A DNA stretch of 62,165 bases, the filler included, from Anaerolineae bacterium (GTDB lineage: Bacteria; Chloroflexota; Anaerolineae; Epilineales; Epilineaceae), in the NCBI GenBank assembly GCA_029262755.1. It is 5 parts of 5 records of this genome, joined end to end, with 100 filler letters (N's around TTAATTAATTAA, not from the genome) between each part and the next. Parts side by side here need not be neighbours in the genome. Positions count along the whole stretch, not along the records: positions 1 to 19,350 come from JAJCYU010000267.1; 4 more parts are not named here. The stretch is one strand, 5' to 3'. The first letter of the stretch is position 1. Each line of letters begins with the position of its first letter. Shown here piece after piece: positions 1-11,378 of the stretch. The position numbers and the translations under genes were made by a program. A model generated the notes under the pieces. The model was given only the letters and a program-made list of their open reading frames with translations, made no database searches and was not told the DNA's origin.

Positions 1-785
1 ATGCCGGTGAAGGTGGCCAGCAGGCGCTGGGCCAGCTGCTCGCAGCTCATCTCGAGGCTGAAGACCACGACGTTCATGCCCTGCTCGACGGCCAGGTGCG
101 CCGCGACGGTCAGCAGCCAGCTGGTCTTGCCCATACCGGGACGGCCGGCCACTACGCACAAGTCGGCCGGCTGGAGGCCGCCGAGCAGGCGGTCCAGATC
201 GGCGAAACCGGTGGGCGTGCCCAGGCGCTCCTCGCGGTTGGCCTGGATCTCCTCGATCTTCTCGAAGTACTCGTCGAGGATGTCGCGCAGCGAACGTAGG
301 TCGGTGCGGCGGCGGTCCTTGAGGGCCTTGAAGAGCGTGGACTCGACCGAGTCGATCGTCTCGTCGATCGTGTCGGCCGAATCGTCCCACGCGATCTGGG
401 CGATCTGGCCCGAGGCCTCGATCAGGCGACGCAGCACGGCGGTGCGCTCGACGAGCCCGGCGTAGTTCTCGACGTAGCTCGCCACCGGCGTGCGCTCGAT
501 GAGTTCGGTGAGGTAGGCCGCGCCGCCGACTTCGTCGAGCTTGTTGTTGCGATCGAGCTCCGCGGTAAGCGTGACGTTGTCGATGGCCTCGCCGCGCTGG
601 AAAAGATCGCGCACGGCACCGTAGATCGTGGCATGCGAGGGCCGGAAGAAGTCTTCCGGCGCCAACAGCGACACCACCTGCGGCACGGCGGAAGGGTCGA
701 TGAGCAGAGCGCCGAGGACGGCCTGCTCGGCGTCGATGTTGCTCGGGGCGATGCGGTCCTGAGCGTGCACGAGCGAAGCCTTCAT
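1..785 (-). CDS. dnaB: Replicative DNA helicase, N-terminal part (runs off the window start)
   Basis: Manual translation from the ATG at 785: MKASLVHAQDRIAPSNIDAEQAVLGALLID...EDFFRPSH..IY...GTPTGFADLDRLLGGLQPADLCVVAGRPGMGKT...FSLEMS. These are DnaB motifs including Walker A. The ORF is absent from the track because it has no stop in the window. Confidence 0.97.
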   Translation of the reverse strand, partial: MKASLVHAQDRIAPSNIDAEQAVLGALLIDPSAVPQVVSLLAPEDFFRPSHATIYGAVRDLFQRGEAIDNVTLTAELDRNNKLDEVGGAAYLTELIERTPVASYVENYAGLVERTAVLRRLIEASGQIAQIAWDDSADTIDETIDSVESTLFKALKDRRRTDLRSLRDILDEYFEKIEEIQANREERLGTPTGFADLDRLLGGLQPADLCVVAGRPGMGKTSWLLTVAAHLAVEQGMNVVVFSLEMSCEQLAQRLLATFTG

Positions 786-854
786 GGGCGGAGAAGAGCG
801 GCGGGCGAGTGGGTTTGCGCGGTTGGACGCTACGTCGTGCTACGAACGGGGGCG

Positions 855-1451
855 CTAGTCGCTGGACTCTTCGCCCGAGCCACCCGCGGCGCCGCCGGGG
901 TCGAGGCTGTCGAAGAAATCGCGGAAGACCGAGAGATCGGATGACTCTTCCGCAGCGGCTCCGGCTTCCTTGGTCCGCTTGCGTCGCTTGGCGCGACCAC
1001 CGCCGTTCTCGTCTTCGTCCTCGTCTTCTTCGTCGCCGATCTCCTCGCCTTCGGAGGGCAACTGGCCCGCGTGCTCCATGACGTCGTCGTCGATCATGAT
1101 GGGCACGTCGACGCGTACCGCAAGCGCGATGGCGTCGCTGGAGCGAGCATCGATCTCGACGGCCTTGCCATCCGCGTCGAGGACGATCGTGGCGAAGAAG
1201 GTCTCTTCGCGCAGGCTGCTGACGACGACGCGCTCGATGGTGGCGCCGAGCTTGTCGATGGCGTTGCGGAGCAGGTCGTGCGTGAGCGGCCGCTGCACGT
1301 CGGTGTTCTGGAGGCCCATCGTGATGGCCTCCGCCTCGAAGGCGCCAATCCAAATGGCCAGATAGCGTTCGCTATCCACCTCGCGCAGGACCACCAGACG
1401 TTGCTGGTTGATCAGGCTGACCCGGATGCTCTCAACCTTGACCTCGACCAT
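855..1451 (-). CDS. Bifunctional nuclease family protein (DUF151) with acidic C-terminal tail
   Basis: Motifs LAIWIGAFEAEAI, RPLTHDL and IDARSSDAIALA. Start taken at MVEVKV. Confidence 0.92.
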   Translation of the reverse strand: MVEVKVESIRVSLINQQRLVVLREVDSERYLAIWIGAFEAEAITMGLQNTDVQRPLTHDLLRNAIDKLGATIERVVVSSLREETFFATIVLDADGKAVEIDARSSDAIALAVRVDVPIMIDDDVMEHAGQLPSEGEEIGDEEDEDEDENGGGRAKRRKRTKEAGAAAEESSDLSVFRDFFDSLDPGGAAGGSGEESSD

Positions 1452-1667
1452 GGACGGATGCTCCTGCGAGGGCACACCAAGGGAGGCGCGGCGCGAACGA
1501 ACGGCCCTGTGCGATCGCCGGCCGGTGGATGACGATTATAGTCCGCGCAACGGGGCCCTCACAAACCCCTACTTCCAGCTACGCGCGCTGGCGGTAACGT
1601 GCGGCGCGCGCTAGAATCGCCGCTCCGCCGGCGCGCCGCATCCTGCCCGCTCGACGAAAGCGACGCT

Positions 1668-2027
1668 ATGACCAGCGACCTCCTAAACGCCGTTCCCGAC
1701 TGGCTCCTCACGGCCCTGCCCCTCGCGGGCGGGCTGTGTGTTGGAAGCGTGCTGCTATTCCTGCTCAGCCTCGTATTTTGGACCGCACGCGATGTGTCCG
1801 CGCGCACCAAAGATCGCTTTGCGCGCGTGGCCGCCGTGGCCCTCGTGGCCCTGATGCCCATGGCCGGCGTGATGATCTACATGCTCCTGCGACCGCGCGA
1901 CACGATCTCCGAGCGCTACGAGCGTGACATGATCGAAGAGTTGCTCGCACGCGAGTTGTCCGCGGCCGCCCTACAACGCCGCCGCACGCCGCCGCCGACG
2001 GCGACGTCGTCCCACGACGTGGGCTAG
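1668..2027 (+). CDS. Small membrane protein with two TM segments (PLDc-N-like 'G..IY.LLRP' motif)
   Basis: Hydrophobic helices, WTARD...AGVMIYMLLRPRDT. Ends 1 nt before the dehydrogenase start. Confidence 0.7.
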   Translation: MTSDLLNAVPDWLLTALPLAGGLCVGSVLLFLLSLVFWTARDVSARTKDRFARVAAVALVALMPMAGVMIYMLLRPRDTISERYERDMIEELLARELSAAALQRRRTPPPTATSSHDVG

Positions 2028-2028
2028 C

Positions 2029-3039
2029 GTGTCGCAGACCATCACGCTCCTCCCCGGCGACGGCATTGGCCCCGAGATCACGCGCGCCACGGTCCGCGTC
2101 CTGGACGCCCTTGACCTCGGCTTGTCCTGGGAAGAAGCGCCCGCGGGCCACGGCGCCTTCGAAGCCACGGGCGATCCGCTGCCCGTCGCGACGCTAGAAG
2201 CGATCCGGCGCAACGGCGTCGCCCTCAAGGGGCCGCTGACCACGCCGGTCGGGCAGGGCTTCCGATCGGTCAACGTCCGCATCCGCAAGGAGCTGGACCT
2301 CTACGCCAACGTGCGGCCCATCCGCACCCGCGCCATCCAAGGCTTCAGCCCGCGCTTCGAGAACGTCAACCTCGTGGTGGTGCGGGAGAACACGGAAGGC
2401 CTGTACTCCGGCCTGGAGCACATGGTCGTGGAAGGCGTCGCCGAGTCGCTCAAGATCGTCACGGAAGCGGCCTCGCGCCGCATCGGCGAGTTCGCGTTTG
2501 CGCTCGCGACGCGCGAGGGTCGCCGCTCCGTCACGGCCGTGCACAAAGCCAACATCATGAAGATCTCGGACGGCCTGTTCCTGCGCTCCGTGCGCGCCGT
2601 CGCCGAGCGTTTCCCCGACATGGCCTATGACGAGGTCATCGTCGACGCCATGTGCATGCGCCTCGTGCTCCACCCGGAACGCTTCGACGTGCTGGTCATG
2701 GGCAACCTCTACGGCGACATCATGAGCGATCTCGCCGCCGGCCTGATCGGCGGCCTCGGCCTCGCCCCCTCGGGCAACCTGGGCGAGAGCACGGCCGTCT
2801 TCGAGGCCGTCCACGGCACCGCCCCCGACATCGCGGGCCAGGGCGTCGCCAACCCGACGGCGCTCATGCTCTCCGGCGTCCTGATGCTGCGCTACCTCGG
2901 CCACGACGACGCCGCCACGCGCATGGAGGCCGCCATCGACGCTGCCCTCGCCGGCGACGTCCGCACGGGCGATCTCGGCGGCACGGCCGGCACGCAGGCC
3001 TACGCCGACGCGGTGATTGCGGCGCTGGACGCGGGGTAG
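2029..3039 (+). CDS. Isocitrate/isopropylmalate dehydrogenase family protein, likely NAD-dependent isocitrate dehydrogenase
   Basis: [65 protein letters not shown]. Confidence 0.95.
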   Translation: MSQTITLLPGDGIGPEITRATVRVLDALDLGLSWEEAPAGHGAFEATGDPLPVATLEAIRRNGVALKGPLTTPVGQGFRSVNVRIRKELDLYANVRPIRTRAIQGFSPRFENVNLVVVRENTEGLYSGLEHMVVEGVAESLKIVTEAASRRIGEFAFALATREGRRSVTAVHKANIMKISDGLFLRSVRAVAERFPDMAYDEVIVDAMCMRLVLHPERFDVLVMGNLYGDIMSDLAAGLIGGLGLAPSGNLGESTAVFEAVHGTAPDIAGQGVANPTALMLSGVLMLRYLGHDDAATRMEAAIDAALAGDVRTGDLGGTAGTQAYADAVIAALDAG

Positions 3040-3187
3040 CGAGCGGGGCGCGGGATAGCAAGCAAGTCGCAGGCTGGCGGGGCGCGAGCGTCACGCGGCT
3101 CGCCAGGATTGAAGCGTCCGCCACCGGGACGTCCGGCCGACTCAGACCCGCATCCGACTCCGGCCGGCATCCGACACAAAACATCAA

Positions 3188-3225
3188 TACCAAGAAGCCC
3201 GGCCGATTGGCCGGGCTTCTTGGTA
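3188..3225. terminator. Perfect 17-bp hairpin between convergent genes, likely bidirectional terminator
   Basis: TACCAAGAAGCCCGGCC-GATT-GGCCGGGCTTCTTGGTA. Confidence 0.8.
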
Positions 3226-3324
3226 ATCTACGTTTGGGTGCGCATTCCGTGTGGCGCGCTCTGTCCGATTCTCGCGCTCCAACAACCCGTGATGCGAGAC
3301 GAGCCCGCGATCACGCGGAGGCGA

Positions 3325-4167
3325 TCAGCCCTCGTCGGAACCCGCGACGTCCACGCCCGCGGCCGCGGCCAGCGAGGGCAGCGTGCGCATCATGTGGTCT
3401 TCGAGGGTGGCCGTGTTCGGGTACATCCCCGAGTGATACGCGGTGACCATGCCCTGCGCGTCGATCATGAACGAGCCCGGTAGGCCCAAGACCGTCCACT
3501 CACGCTGTACGTCATAAGTGTTGTCGCCGTAGAGCACGGGGAAGGTCAGGCCGGCGCTGTTGATGTAGCGGTTGATCGTGTCGAGCATCATGCTCGGCGG
3601 CACCTTCTCGCCCGCGTCGACAGCCAAGACGGCGAAGCCCTGCTCGGCGTACTTATCGTGCATCGCCTGCAGGAAGGGCATCTCGCGCCGACAGGGCGGG
3701 CACCAGGTGGCCCAGTAGTTGATCAGGATCGGCCGGCCCAGATAGTCGCTGATGCTGACCTCTTCGCCGGTGTCCAACTGCGTCATCGTAAAGTCCGGTG
3801 CCTGCTTGCCCACCATCGGGTGGAAGCGCTCGGGCAGCGCGATCACCTGATCGTCGGGCAGCGTGTCGAGGCCCGCGGGCTCCGGCACGATCTGAATCGA
3901 GGAGCTGGGGTCCGAGAGGCTGATCTCGACCGGGGCGCCGCCCGCCGCGTTGACCACCTGCGGCGCCGGAGCGTTGCTCGTGACCGGCGTCGCTTCGACG
4001 TTCTGACCGCCGATCCAGCGACCGAGGAACCAGCCGCCACCCACGACGGCTACGGCGAGGATCGGCATGATCAGCGACTGCCAGCCGATCGTGATGACGC
4101 GCTCGTCGTCCGTCTGCGCATCGTGCTGCGTGTTGTCCATCGGCTCAAGATCTTGCTGTTCGCTCAT
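3325..4167 (-). CDS. Membrane-anchored TlpA/ResA-like thiol-disulfide reductase
   Basis: N-terminal TM helix, then APDFT...PILINYWATWCPPCRREMP and a GLP cis-Pro loop. Confidence 0.92.
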   Translation of the reverse strand: MSEQQDLEPMDNTQHDAQTDDERVITIGWQSLIMPILAVAVVGGGWFLGRWIGGQNVEATPVTSNAPAPQVVNAAGGAPVEISLSDPSSSIQIVPEPAGLDTLPDDQVIALPERFHPMVGKQAPDFTMTQLDTGEEVSISDYLGRPILINYWATWCPPCRREMPFLQAMHDKYAEQGFAVLAVDAGEKVPPSMMLDTINRYINSAGLTFPVLYGDNTYDVQREWTVLGLPGSFMIDAQGMVTAYHSGMYPNTATLEDHMMRTLPSLAAAAGVDVAGSDEG

Positions 4168-4303
4168 CGTGCCATCTCCATTGCGGTCCAGCGTGGCCCG
4201 CGTCATGAGGTATCGCGAGACCGTGGTATCGCTCGCGCAAGTGACGGGAATCGCAGCCAGTATAGCATGACGGCAGGCCCGTTTGGATGACGTTCACCCT
4301 ACG

Positions 4304-4320
4304 CTCATGCAGGCTGGCGC
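4304..4320 (+). repeat. 17-bp direct repeat, left copy (CTCATGCAGGCTGGCGC)
   Basis: Identical to 5499-5515. The two copies bracket the AbiE-type TA pair. Confidence 0.85.
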
Positions 4321-4442
4321 GGGTCGAGACACGGGGAAGCGTCTCGTCGTCGCCGAAAGGATGAATGCCTACGGCGACATGACCGACCGGGCTTTTGGGC
4401 ACAGCTTTCTCCCATGCTTCCGTTCACATGCTACGTTCCGCC

Positions 4443-4448
4443 TATAAT
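4443..4448 (+). promoter_or_regulatory. -10 box (TATAAT) of a probable leaderless transcript
   Basis: Perfect TATAAT followed by 7 nt and then the ATG at 4456, with no Shine-Dalgarno. Confidence 0.65.
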
Positions 4449-4455
4449 CGAGTAT

Positions 4456-4755
4456 ATGCACGACCTGCCTCTGTCACGGACACTTCCCGACGGTCGCCGG
4501 ATCCCTTATTTTCTCTGGGATCGCGACGTATCCGAGGAGGAACTCCGCGCCATTCTGTCCGATCCCGATCATCCGTCGTACGGCACCATGTTGGCCCTCC
4601 TACTCCGTGAAGCGAGGCCGCGTGATGTGTGGGCATTCGTATCGCCCCATGACGTGACCGCCGCATGGGATGACGTGGTCACCCGCCTCGGGCGTCGCCG
4701 AGAATTCTGGACGTGGGTGTTTGAGTCCTGGAGAGCTCGTGGCTACGTCTCATAG
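4456..4755 (+). CDS. Small putative antitoxin of an AbiE-like (type IV) TA pair
   Basis: 99 aa with PYFLWD...RREFWTW. It overlaps the downstream AbiEii-type nucleotidyltransferase. Confidence 0.7.
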   Translation: MHDLPLSRTLPDGRRIPYFLWDRDVSEEELRAILSDPDHPSYGTMLALLLREARPRDVWAFVSPHDVTAAWDDVVTRLGRRREFWTWVFESWRARGYVS

Positions 4756-5419
4756 CGCCCTCTCTCCGCTTCAATTGCACGTGCTTGAGGCACTGGGTGG
4801 TCAGCCGTCGTTCTACCTCAGCGGTGGCGCGGCGCTTGGCGGATTCTATCTCGGACATCGACGGTCTCTCGATCTCGATCTGTTCACGCCGGATCTAGAT
4901 AATGTCGAACAGATCGCTCGCCTCCTACGATCGCTCGTTTCAGAGTCTGGTTGGATCCTAACCGAACTCCAGACTGGCCCCGGCATCAGGCGATTCAGCG
5001 TCTCGCGAGGGGAGGAGCAGACGCTAGTCGATGTCGTTCATGAGCCGGTACCGCAAGAGGTTGATCTCCCGGACAAGCCAACCGCCGGAGGGATACGCTA
5101 CGACGCTCTCGACGATCTTGTCGCGAACAAGCTCGGGGCATTGCTCGGACGGGGCGACGTCAAGGATCTTGTTGATCTCTACTTCCTTGCGGAGCATGGT
5201 GTCGATGTGATCTCGTATCTGCCGGCGGCGCGTCGGAAGGATGGCGGGATGGATCCGACAACGCTTGCATGGGTGGCGCGGGATGTACCGACTACGGTCG
5301 ATGAACTGTTGCTGCTACGCCCGGTGTCCTCTGAACAACTCGAGGGTTTCCGGGACAACTTTGTAGCCAAGCTGCTCGACGCCGCTTGGCCGCCTGAAAT
5401 CGACATCGAACAGCGATAG
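4739..5419 (+). CDS. Nucleotidyltransferase, AbiEii/AbiGii toxin family
   Basis: FYLSGGAAL..FYLGHRRSLDLDLF, ANKLGAL..R..KDLVDLY. GTG start preceded by GGAG. Confidence 0.9.
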   Translation: MATSHSALSPLQLHVLEALGGQPSFYLSGGAALGGFYLGHRRSLDLDLFTPDLDNVEQIARLLRSLVSESGWILTELQTGPGIRRFSVSRGEEQTLVDVVHEPVPQEVDLPDKPTAGGIRYDALDDLVANKLGALLGRGDVKDLVDLYFLAEHGVDVISYLPAARRKDGGMDPTTLAWVARDVPTTVDELLLLRPVSSEQLEGFRDNFVAKLLDAAWPPEIDIEQR

Positions 5420-5498
5420 CCGTTTCAGCGCAACTCCGGCCCGATGTGCGTCAGTGAAAACTGGGAGGCCCGTGGCTCCGACTCGGGACTGTCGGAGA

Positions 5499-5515
5499 CT
5501 CATGCAGGCTGGCGC
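5499..5515 (+). repeat. 17-bp direct repeat, right copy, directly followed by a TATACT -10 box
   Basis: Identical to 4304-4320. TATACT lies at 5516-5521, upstream of the DsbA-like gene. Confidence 0.85.
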
Positions 5516-5585
5516 TATACTAGAGTGGTCGTCGCCCGATCGTGGCGGCTTCGGTTTTATGACCCATGCCACGTAGGAGGCGAAC

Positions 5586-6524
5586 ATGACCCGATGGATG
5601 GCGGCCGCCCTATGCGCGCTGCTGTTGGCGCCGGCCGCTCTGGCCTGCCGCAGCAACGACGATCCGGCGGCACAGGATGATCCGATTTCCGAGCAAGCGG
5701 ATGCCGGCGACGACGGCGCGGATGGCGCGGACGACGCGGCCGATGCCGGCACGGAAGCGGATGACGCCGCGGCGGATGCCGGCGCCGCGGACGGTGACGC
5801 GGAGGCCGTGGACGAGCCGACGCCCGACCCGACGATCGTTGCCTTGGCGCAGTCCTTCACGCCGCCGATCAAGGGTGATCCCGATGCGCCGGTGATGATC
5901 TACGAGTTCTCGGACTACCTCTGACCCTACTGCCGAGCGTTCGCGCTCGAAACGGCCCGTGAGGCCGAAGCAGATTGGTTCGACAGCGGCAAAGCCGCGC
6001 TCACCTACATCGACCTGCCCCTCTCCAGCCACGGCTACCCGGCCCTGCTGGGCGCCGAGGCGGCGCATTGCGCCAGCGAGCAGGACCGCTACTGGGACAT
6101 GCACGACGCGATCTTCGAGTCTTTCTCCGAGCTCAGCGACCTCGACATCGAGGACGCGGAAGGCGCGGCGGTGGCCATGATCGCCGTCGGCGAAGGCATC
6201 GGTCTCGACGTCGACGCGCTCACAGAGTGCGTGGAGTCGGAGCGCTACCGCCCGATCATCGGCGCGCTGGCGCAGCAGGCGCTCGATCAGGGCGTAAACG
6301 TCACGCCCTACCTGCTGATCACCGGTCCCGAGGACTACACCGAAGCCGTCCCCGGCTTCATGGAATACGAAGACTTCAACGAGACGCTCCAGAACCAATA
6401 CTGGCGCGCCCTCGGCACCGCGATCCCGACCGAAACGCCCCTCCCGACCTCCACGCCGGAACCCGCAGCCGCGGATGAAGGCGACGAGGACGGCGAGAGC
6501 GACGAAGGCGGCGAGGACGGCTAG
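5586..6524 (+). CDS. DsbA/thioredoxin-fold lipoprotein, probable selenoprotein (UGA = Sec at 5922-5924)
   Basis: AGGAGG SD, lipobox ALAC and an acidic linker. KGDPDAPVMIYEFSDYL-TGA-PYC continues in frame through AAHCASEQDRYWDMHDAIF...GVNVTP to the stop at 6524. Confidence 0.88.
5934..5949 (+). promoter_or_regulatory. Hairpin just 3' of the UGA, candidate bacterial SECIS
   Basis: CGAGCG-TTCG-CGCTCG starts 10 nt after the TGA. A second small hairpin, GGCC-CGTGA-GGCC, follows. Confidence 0.45.
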
Positions 6525-6581
6525 CGGCGACGTGAACGTGCGCTGCGCGTGACGTGATCGCGCGGCGCTATCGAACACGAT

Positions 6582-6607
6582 CGGGGCGTCCCTTCGGGGG
6601 CGCCCCG
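6582..6607 (+). terminator. Probable intrinsic terminator after the DsbA-like gene
   Basis: CGGGGCGTCCC-TTCG-GGGGCGCCCCG followed by GCTTGTTT. Confidence 0.65.
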
Positions 6608-6754
6608 GCTTGTTTGGGCGTGTCTTCGGTTCGGCTGCCTAAATTGGGCATGCTGCGCGAGGGAGAAAGGGGCGATGCATGCTCGAGAAGCAGGCGACCG
6701 TGGCTGTCCGCGTGGCGCGCTATCATGGCTCCAACGCATGGGAGGAAGGAACGG

Positions 6755-7288
6755 ATGACTGAAATCGTGGAACACTCGGTGCGCCTCGCAGCGCCTTCGA
6801 TATCCACCACCTTCGACACCGTAGTTGACAGCCTGCAACGGGCATGTCGAGCCGTGTACGGGGATGCGCTGGTTTCCGTGGCTGTTTTCGGCTCCGTTGG
6901 ACGCGGCGCACCGCGACCCGACTCCGACATCGATGTCCTACTGGTCGTGGACCCACTTCCCAACGGAAGGATGGCGCGGGTCCAGGGCTTCTCTGCGGTC
7001 GAAGCCAATATGGAGCCCGACGTGACGGCGGCCCGTGTAGTGGGTGTTCACACGCGGATTTCACCGGTATTCAAGACCAAAGAAGAGTGCAAACGCGGAA
7101 GTCCCCTGTTTCTCGACATGGTCGAGGACGCGAGATTGTTGGTTGATCGAGACGGATTCTTCGCGGCGGTGCTCGATCGTCTCCGGACGCGGCTCGCGGA
7201 GCTCGGCTCCCGCCGCGTTTGGCGCGGAAGTGCGTGGTATTGGGACCTCAAGCCGGACTATCAGGCCGGCGACGTCTTCGAGCTATGA
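6755..7288 (+). CDS. Minimal nucleotidyltransferase (MNT) antitoxin
   Basis: VFGSVGRG....DSDIDVLLV Pol-beta motif. ATGA overlap with the HEPN gene. Confidence 0.9.
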   Translation: MTEIVEHSVRLAAPSISTTFDTVVDSLQRACRAVYGDALVSVAVFGSVGRGAPRPDSDIDVLLVVDPLPNGRMARVQGFSAVEANMEPDVTAARVVGVHTRISPVFKTKEECKRGSPLFLDMVEDARLLVDRDGFFAAVLDRLRTRLAELGSRRVWRGSAWYWDLKPDYQAGDVFEL

Positions 7289-7716
7289 CGAACGTCACGC
7301 TGGCCCAGAGCTATCTCATCAAGGCCACGAAGAGGTTGCTCATCCTTCCCGTGTTACGCGACGCCGAGGCATGGTCGGACGTTGTGCGGGAAGCGCAGGA
7401 GATCGTCGAGCTTTCCCTTAAGGGCATCCTCCGCCATGTGGGCATAGAGCCACCGCGTTGGCATGACGTCGGCGATATCCTGCGTGAACATGAAGGGCGC
7501 TTGCCCGAAGCCGAACGTGGCCACGTGGCCCGACTCTCCAACATCTCGGCGTGGCTTCGCAAAGAGCGAGAATTCTCGTTCTACGGCGAGATCGACTTCA
7601 TTCCGACAGAGCAATACGACGCCAAGATTGCGGGTCACGCCATTGAGGACGCACGATTCACGGTCGAGGTCGCGACCCGCGTGATCCCGGCACCGAACGA
7701 AACTGACCCAGCCTAG
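7285..7716 (+). CDS. HEPN domain toxin of an MNT-HEPN TA pair
   Basis: AQEIVELSLKG, PRWHDV and an R-x4-Y motif (REFSFYG). Translationally coupled to the MNT. Confidence 0.88.
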   Translation: MTNVTLAQSYLIKATKRLLILPVLRDAEAWSDVVREAQEIVELSLKGILRHVGIEPPRWHDVGDILREHEGRLPEAERGHVARLSNISAWLRKEREFSFYGEIDFIPTEQYDAKIAGHAIEDARFTVEVATRVIPAPNETDPA

Positions 7717-7879
7717 TGTTTCGTCAAGCATGCCGATGCGGGTAGTGAGGGAGCCAATGCGCCGCGCCAGTGGTTAGATGAGACGAGGGAATCGTGGAGC
7801 TATTGCCGATGAGCAGCGGGCCGCTGGTGCGAGTGCAGTGGCTGCCGTGCCCGCAAAAGCAGGCTTGACGAAGTACTCG
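7713..7879 (+). repeat. Structured 167-nt intergenic repeat, copy 1
   Basis: Terminal inverted repeats CTAGTGTTTCGTCAAGC / GCTTGACGAAGTACTCG. The core GATGCGGGTAGTGAGGGAGCCAAT...GAGACGAGGGA...GCTATTGCCGA is shared with 52648-52814. Confidence 0.85.
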
Positions 7880-7902
7880 TTCTCGCGCGAACTACCCCGC
7901 TT

Positions 7903-10392
<2,490 letters not shown>

Positions 10393-10508
10393 CTAGGGAG
10401 CCCGGGCAGGGATGGGTTCGTGGCGGAATGCGCCCTACAGAGAGAAAATACTCCGGGCTCCACCGCCCGCCTCGTGGGTGGGTGGGCGAGTACTTAATCG
10501 GTGGGATC

Positions 10509-11279
10509 GTGAGCGTGGAGGTGGGTGTGGATCGGGAATCGTTGATGCGGTTGGTTGTTGGGGCCTTGGAGGGAGAGGAATGGGCTCGGGGGGTTTGGGA
10601 GGGGGGATCCGTGGCGTTTGGGCGGGCGGATGCGTGGTCGGATCTGGATGCGGTGGCCGTGGTGCGGAAAGGCGCGGTGGAGCAGGCCTTTGCGGCCGTG
10701 GAGGCGGCGTTGGGGGAGGTGGAGCTGGCGTATCGGTTGCCGGAGCCGACCTGGCACGGGCATGCGCAGGCCTTTTATCGGGTGGCCGCGGCGGGGCCGT
10801 TTCGGATGGTCGATCTGGTGGTCATGCAGGGTGAGCCGGATGCGCGTTTCCTGGTGCGAGAGCGGCACGGGGAGCCGGCGGTGGCCTTTGACAAGGACGG
10901 GGTGATCGTGGCGCGGCCGCTGGATTGGGCGGCGCATAGGGAAATCGTGTCGCGGCGCGTGGAGGCGATGCGCACGACGTTTCCGCTCTTTCAGCCGCTG
11001 GTGGAGAAGGAGCTGCGACGCGGGCGCGATATGGACGCGCTGAGTTTTTATCACGGGCTGTGCTTGCGGCCGCTCGTGGAATTGCTGCGCGTGCGTTATG
11101 TGCCGGAGCGGCACGACTACGGGCTGCGCTATCTCGATGAAGATCTGCCGCAGGGGGAAGCGGAGCGGGTGCGCCGGCTGGCCTTCGTCGGTGATCCGGA
11201 CGCGCTCGCGGCGTGTCATCGGGAGGCGCAGGAGGTGTTTGCGGCTACGCTCGCGGCCATCGATAGTAGGCGGGGCTGA
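10509..11279 (+). CDS. Pol-beta-type nucleotidyltransferase with C-terminal helical bundle (lincosamide/aminoglycoside NTase-like fold)
   Basis: GGSVAFGRADAWSDLD motif. The start is uncertain (GTG at 10509). Confidence 0.8.
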   Translation: MSVEVGVDRESLMRLVVGALEGEEWARGVWEGGSVAFGRADAWSDLDAVAVVRKGAVEQAFAAVEAALGEVELAYRLPEPTWHGHAQAFYRVAAAGPFRMVDLVVMQGEPDARFLVRERHGEPAVAFDKDGVIVARPLDWAAHREIVSRRVEAMRTTFPLFQPLVEKELRRGRDMDALSFYHGLCLRPLVELLRVRYVPERHDYGLRYLDEDLPQGEAERVRRLAFVGDPDALAACHREAQEVFAATLAAIDSRRG

Positions 11280-11300
11280 CCGTCACGATTGGCGACTACG

Positions 11301-11378
11301 GAGGGCCGCTGGGTTGGGCCGCGGGATGGGGCCGCAGTGGCTGCCGAACCCGTAGATTCCAGCTGGTTGGACTACTAG
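11301..11378 (+). repeat. 3' fragment of the structured repeat, copy 2
   Basis: GCAGTGGCTGCCGAACCCGTAGATTCCAGCTGGTTGGACTACTAG closely matches the 3' end of 52648-52814. Confidence 0.75.

Noticed and set aside
5586..6524. Reading the two TGA-split genes as pseudogenes or as separate small ORFs
   Set aside because: In both genes the TGA sits exactly at the catalytic Cys/Sec column, the frame is otherwise intact, and a hairpin follows. Sec recoding is the simpler explanation, though sel genes are not in this window.
10480..11000. Strong G/T skew on the plus strand suggesting foreign DNA
   Set aside because: It is confined to one gene and no mobility features flank it, so codon choice is a sufficient explanation.
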